From an uncultured Candidatus Saccharibacteria bacterium (GTDB lineage: Bacteria > Patescibacteriota > Saccharimonadia > Saccharimonadales > JAGQNJ01), in assembly GCA_964583075.1 (NCBI GenBank), contig CAZOUW010000002.1, positions 5,915-69,914 of the forward strand: DNA of 64,000 nt. The letters are read 5' to 3'. A program made the position numbers and the translations under genes. Under the pieces are notes generated by a model, which worked only from the letters and a program-made list of their open reading frames with translations, was not told the origin of the DNA and searched no databases. Positions 59,729-64,000 of this stretch are shown here, piece after piece (positions within the stretch are counted from its first letter, which is position 1; each line of letters opens with the position of its first letter).

Positions 59729-61329
59729 CCCAAGACTCGCATAACCTCGTCCAGTGTAGTCTGGCCAGCGCAAACTTTTAAGATCGCATCATGTCGCATG
59801 GTCTTCATGCCGCTTTTTACTGCTGCTTGTTCAATCTCGTCCGTTGTAGTTGCTTTATTGCCACCCTGCATAAGCTGCAGAATCGGTCCACTCATCAAAA
59901 ACTGCTCACGTAACGCAAGTTGCCCACGATACCCATATGGGTTATCCGCAGATTTACCAGGCTTATAGAGTTTTAGACCATCGAGTACGGGCTTCTGTAT
60001 ACCGTCTGGTAAGGTATCCAGCGATTTTTGTATATAAGCACGTTCTTCCTCAGTAGGGTCATAGGCTTGCTTCGTTGAGTCATCCAACTTACGCACTAGC
60101 CGCTGGGCCATGACCAATCGAATAGCGGATGCAAACAATGGATTTGCACCAATCACATCCATCAGACGCGTCAGTGCTGCTGCAGCTGAGCCGGCGTGGA
60201 ACGTAGAAAGTACCAAATGACCAGTTAGGGAGGCTTGCAAAGCCGTCTTGGCCGTATCCATATCTCGAATCTCCCCCACCATCACAATATCTGGGTCAAG
60301 ACGCAAAACCGCCCTCAATTTTTCTGCAAAGCTAAAATCCTGCGTTCCATGGCTCGTCACAGATATCTGAGTTAGTCCTTCAAATTGATATTCAACAGGA
60401 TCTTCAATGGTTATAATCTTGCGACTGTCATCGTTGAGCGAATTAAGCATGGAGTACAGAGTTGTAGTTTTACCTGAACCAGTCGGACCAACCGCCAAGA
60501 CAAGACCCGAGGGCTTGGCGATAATATCATCGACAATCTTACGCTCTTCTGGACTTAAACCTAGTTTATCGAGTTTATACATGTCCTGACTCATGTTAAA
60601 CAAGCGCATGACAACATCCATGCCATTGATTGCAGGAACAGTTTCGACACGAAGATTTACATCAACCTCAGCGCCATCCGCCATGCGTACGCGCTGGGCA
60701 ATATGACCCTGTTGCGCATCAGGGGCCTGAGTTGATATATTAGCCGCACTCGCAATCGCCGAAATCAAGATCCGGTATTTATCTGGCCTTATACGGGCAA
60801 TAGGGTGAAGAACACCATCAATCCTAAAACGTATTCGCACATAATCACGTTGGTTCTCTGTGTGAATATCAGATGCCTTCAGCTTATGAGCTTGATGAAC
60901 AAGATATGCCAGCATGTCATCCGCCCTAACTTGTTCCAGCATATTAGAAACCCTAGAAATTAGATCATTCGTCCCTGCGTTTGTAAGCTCAATGTCTTGG
61001 TATTCAACTTTTTTGGGAGGATCATACAGACGCATATACTCGCGAAAACCGCTGTCAGCAATCAATGCGAAACTAACACGTTGATCAAGAAATCGTTGGC
61101 GCAAACTCGACATAGTCGCCTGAGATGTTGTGTTTGTTACTCCAAAGGTAATATTGTTAGGGTCTGCTTGTATTGGCACTATTTTAAGTTGATAAAGTTC
61201 GCTACTGGGCATCAGGTCTTTATAGAGAATCTTGTTTGTGATCTGAGAGGTGTCAATATATGGCAATCCCAGGATTCGAGCACGTCGCAAAGTTGACTGC
61301 TCGTCGTCGTATCTTGCATTCTGACTCAT
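59725..61329 (-). CDS. pilB: type IV pilus assembly / type II secretion ATPase (PilB/GspE family)
   Basis: 534 aa with a GspII_E_N domain, Walker A VGPTGSGKTTTL, and Asp and His boxes (GEIRD). Confidence 0.85.
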   Translation of the reverse strand: MSQNARYDDEQSTLRRARILGLPYIDTSQITNKILYKDLMPSSELYQLKIVPIQADPNNITFGVTNTTSQATMSSLRQRFLDQRVSFALIADSGFREYMRLYDPPKKVEYQDIELTNAGTNDLISRVSNMLEQVRADDMLAYLVHQAHKLKASDIHTENQRDYVRIRFRIDGVLHPIARIRPDKYRILISAIASAANISTQAPDAQQGHIAQRVRMADGAEVDVNLRVETVPAINGMDVVMRLFNMSQDMYKLDKLGLSPEERKIVDDIIAKPSGLVLAVGPTGSGKTTTLYSMLNSLNDDSRKIITIEDPVEYQFEGLTQISVTSHGTQDFSFAEKLRAVLRLDPDIVMVGEIRDMDTAKTALQASLTGHLVLSTFHAGSAAAALTRLMDVIGANPLFASAIRLVMAQRLVRKLDDSTKQAYDPTEEERAYIQKSLDTLPDGIQKPVLDGLKLYKPGKSADNPYGYRGQLALREQFLMSGPILQLMQGGNKATTTDEIEQAAVKSGMKTMRHDAILKVCAGQTTLDEVMRVLG

Positions 61330-61398
61330 GACCTAGAGCCCACCCATTGTCACTTTTAACATATACTGCTATTTAACCACAGATGTTAGACTATGTGA

Positions 61399-61893
61399 AT
61401 GCGTTCTATTGCTGTAATTGCACACAATATTCGTAGCACACATAATGTCGGCTCGATTCTACGAACTGCAGATGGTTTTGGTGTCGAAGAGATATACTTT
61501 ACTGGCATCACACCGTACCCAGCAACAGAAAACGATACACGCTTGCCGCACATTAGCAAAAAACTAACTGAGCAAATTAATAAGACAGCTCTCGGTGCAG
61601 TAGCTACAACCAAGTGGAGTCACAATCAAGATGTTATTAAGTTAGTAGATGACCTAAAGCAGCAAGGTTATCGTATTATCGGCCTAGAACAAGCCAAAGA
61701 TAGCATCCCCTTAAGTAAGTACACTCCGGCAGAAAAATGCGCTCTCATCCTTGGTAATGAGGTGTCTGGGATTAACAAAGAGCTATTAGCAACGTGCGAT
61801 GATATTGTTGAAATTATAATGTATGGTCATAAAGAATCATTTAACGTCGTTCAAGCTACAGCCGTTGCACTTTACGCCTTGCGTGAAGCGTAA
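61399..61893 (+). CDS. SpoU/TrmH family RNA 2'-O-methyltransferase (TrmL-sized)
   Basis: 164 aa with a SPOUT fold (HNVGSILRTADGFGV...LILGNEVSGI...ESFNV). Confidence 0.8.
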   Translation: MRSIAVIAHNIRSTHNVGSILRTADGFGVEEIYFTGITPYPATENDTRLPHISKKLTEQINKTALGAVATTKWSHNQDVIKLVDDLKQQGYRIIGLEQAKDSIPLSKYTPAEKCALILGNEVSGINKELLATCDDIVEIIMYGHKESFNVVQATAVALYALREA

Positions 61894-61914
61894 GCATGTT
61901 ATATAGTAAAACTT

Positions 61915-62784
61915 ATGAAGACCGCAAAGACGCGGGCAAACAAAAATCTTCGCCCAAAACACAAACAAACTAAGGAGTATTTAAAACATTACTACCCTTT
62001 CATTCCTATGTTACTGAGCATTGGTTTTCTATTAATGGTTCTGATGAGTCCTATAAAAAGCCAGAAACAAAGTGTTTTGGCGGTTGCCACAAGCATTACC
62101 CCAGCCTCATTACTTGAAGGCACAAATACTGAGCGACTAAATGCTGGCGGTTCGGCACTTGTACTTAATGAAAGACTCAACGGAGCGGCACAAAAAAAAG
62201 CTCAAGATATGGTGACTCGTAATTACTGGTCACACAAGACACCCGAAGGCAACGACCCATGGAATTTTATTGTTAAGGAAAGTTATTCGTATAAGAAAGC
62301 GGGCGAAAACCTTGCTTACGGTTTTAGTGATAACAGCGGTGTGATCAATGGCTGGATGAATAGCCCGTCACATCGAACAAACTTACTCGACAAAGACTTT
62401 AGTGAAGTAGGTTTTGGCATTGCAGACAGTAACAATTTTAATAGCAGCGGGCCTTCAACAGTTGTTGTGGCCATGTATGCCAAGCCACTTGCAATCAATG
62501 AAGCTACGAACGGCAGTAACGATGGTAATGCTCATATTCTTGGTGATGGCATGACAGTTAGTACTGCTGCAATTTTTACGGGATCTCATTGGTCTGTTTA
62601 CGTTGTGGGCGCAGTTATAGGTGCTTGTGTAATGTATTTAGCAATCACACATGGGTACGGGATCCGAAAGGCTATAAAACGTGGTGAAAAATTTGTTATC
62701 AACCACCCCCTGCTCGACAGCGCTGTTATATCACTGATGGCCATTGGGATTTTGCTACTCCAGACAGCAGGTAGAATACTTTAG
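61915..62784 (+). CDS. CAP/SCP-domain (YkwD-like) protein with N- and C-terminal TM segments
   Basis: 289 aa. CAP motifs are GENLAYGF and GWMNSPSHRTNLLDKDFSEVGFGI. There are hydrophobic segments at both ends. Confidence 0.7.
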   Translation: MKTAKTRANKNLRPKHKQTKEYLKHYYPFIPMLLSIGFLLMVLMSPIKSQKQSVLAVATSITPASLLEGTNTERLNAGGSALVLNERLNGAAQKKAQDMVTRNYWSHKTPEGNDPWNFIVKESYSYKKAGENLAYGFSDNSGVINGWMNSPSHRTNLLDKDFSEVGFGIADSNNFNSSGPSTVVVAMYAKPLAINEATNGSNDGNAHILGDGMTVSTAAIFTGSHWSVYVVGAVIGACVMYLAITHGYGIRKAIKRGEKFVINHPLLDSAVISLMAIGILLLQTAGRIL

Positions 62785-64000
62785 CTAACCTTGATATTTT
62801 CTTTTCCCACTATTGCCATCATGCTCTGCAGAGCATCGTCTGTTGCATTTACGCCAAACGGCAGTCTTACTATCTGTTTAGAGTTTGAAGCACCCAGTAC
62901 AAGCACAACTTCAGTCTCGCCCACAAAAGACATAAGCGTATCTTTAAGTGTAGTGAGCTGATTGCTGTCACGCGTATCATTTATTCGGACGTACAACCGT
63001 TTTGGTTTGATTTCTGCAACCTTTTCCGACGTCTTAAAGGCCACTGTTGAACTTTTGGGCGTACGTACTTTTTTACCGATTGGCTGGTAGGCTTGAGCTT
63101 GTTCAAGTGTAACTTCACGCGCATCGTCAACCATAACTTTTGCTTCATCACCTAGCTCGCCATCACGACCCTTAGCAGAAACCTTACCCTTTGCAATAAT
63201 AATTGCGTCTTTTTGCCATATACCAACCGTTTGCTGATAAACGCTAGGGAATATTACCAGCTCTATATCGGATTCCCCATCCGTAAGCTGAATAAATGCC
63301 ATCTTCTGACCATTTTTAGTAGTAATTTCACGCATGTCGCTAATAGATCCGCCAACTATCACAGATTTGCCATGATGGCCTGGTTTAATACTTGCCATCT
63401 TTACGGTTGTTTCGCCGAGGATATTCTTGTAAGCCTCCAAAGGATGCTGAGAAAGATACAGCCCAAGCAGTTCACGCTCCCACTGGAGTTTATCAGTTAA
63501 ATTAAATGTACTAGTGGTATCTGCAAGCAATAAACTTGGTTTTGTCAAAGCGTCATTTGAGGCACCGAATAAATCCGTTTGCCCGCTATTTTGTTCCTTT
63601 TGAACCTTGGAGGCATACGCCATGATAATGTCAATATTGTCGAGGAGTTGCAACCGATCGCCCAAACCATCAAAGGCACCAGCTTTAATAAGACTTTCAA
63701 CCGCCTTACGATTCACAGTACGTGAACTGACATTTGTAAAGAAATCTTCTATCGTATCAAAGTGTTTCTTTTCGTCTCTGGCACGCAAAATCTCTTCCAC
63801 CGCAGATGAGCCGACATTCTTTATGGCGTTGAGCCCAAATCGGATTTGACTACTATCAGGAACAATCGCAAATTCAAGGAAAGATTCATTGACATCAGGC
63901 TGCAAAACTTCGATACCCATGTGATTACACTCTTTAATCTCAATTGCCAAACGATCCGTGTCGTCATAATCACTGGTCATCAAAGCTGCCATAAAAGCTG
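62781..64000 (-). CDS. dnaE: DNA polymerase III alpha subunit, C-terminal part (gene continues beyond window end)
   Basis: Translation shows a DnaE C-terminal OB-fold/tau-binding region (HHGKSVIVGG...FGLNAIKNVG). The ORF runs open to the window edge. Confidence 0.85.
   Translation of the reverse strand, partial: AFMAALMTSDYDDTDRLAIEIKECNHMGIEVLQPDVNESFLEFAIVPDSSQIRFGLNAIKNVGSSAVEEILRARDEKKHFDTIEDFFTNVSSRTVNRKAVESLIKAGAFDGLGDRLQLLDNIDIIMAYASKVQKEQNSGQTDLFGASNDALTKPSLLLADTTSTFNLTDKLQWERELLGLYLSQHPLEAYKNILGETTVKMASIKPGHHGKSVIVGGSISDMREITTKNGQKMAFIQLTDGESDIELVIFPSVYQQTVGIWQKDAIIIAKGKVSAKGRDGELGDEAKVMVDDAREVTLEQAQAYQPIGKKVRTPKSSTVAFKTSEKVAEIKPKRLYVRINDTRDSNQLTTLKDTLMSFVGETEVVLVLGASNSKQIVRLPFGVNATDDALQSMMAIVGKENIKVS

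Noticed and set aside
1-64000. CRISPR arrays / rRNA genes
   Set aside because: No short direct-repeat/spacer periodicity and no rRNA-like conserved stretches were seen anywhere in the window.

Overview
This 64-kb window reads as a compact, gene-dense bacterial chromosome segment of roughly mid-40s %GC. Most genes are on the minus strand with small overlaps, and few have strong Shine-Dalgarno motifs.

The first ~26.5 kb (minus strand) is the conserved ribosomal-protein and transcription/translation supercluster, in this order: rpoB, rpoC, rpsL, rpsG, fusA, tuf, rpsJ, rplC-rplD-rplW-rplB-rpsS-rplV-rpsC-rplP-rpmC-rpsQ-rplN-rplX-rplE-rpsN-rpsH-rplF-rplR-rpsE-rplO, secY, infA, rpmJ, rpsM, rpsK, rpsD, rpoA, rplQ. 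Several features are non-canonical. There is no L30 gene between rpsE and rplO. adk and map are absent between secY and infA. Extra small ORFs and a terminator interrupt the S10-L3 and S7-fusA junctions. tig-clpP sits upstream of rpoB instead of the L10/L7-L12 operon. Together these point to a reduced genome of the Patescibacteria/CPR type (possibly Saccharibacteria-like); this is inference only.

The second half carries housekeeping genes: hisS, recG, tyrS, class-A PBP, radA, clpC, nusA, pepN, rnhB, yraN, rplS, malic enzyme, pilB-like ATPase, SpoU methyltransferase, and the dnaE 3' end. It also contains a tRNA-Leu(TAG) and a probable tRNA-Cys(GCA).

The most unusual region is 31.9-38.3 kb. 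A large serine recombinase gene has its 3' end running antisense through tRNA-Leu. Next to it lies a four-gene quinone-linked redox cassette (DsbB/BdbC-like, NDH-2, FAD-linked oxidase, DoxX). The cassette is bracketed by perfect 286-bp inverted repeats. A second, near-perfect ~137-bp inverted repeat pair copies the tRNA-Leu 3' flank, its terminator, and the recombinase 3' end. Both repeat pairs terminate at a CACCAAG motif equal to the tRNA 3' terminus. This looks like a tRNA-integrated, recombinase-associated and possibly invertible genomic island.

No CRISPR arrays or rRNA genes are present.
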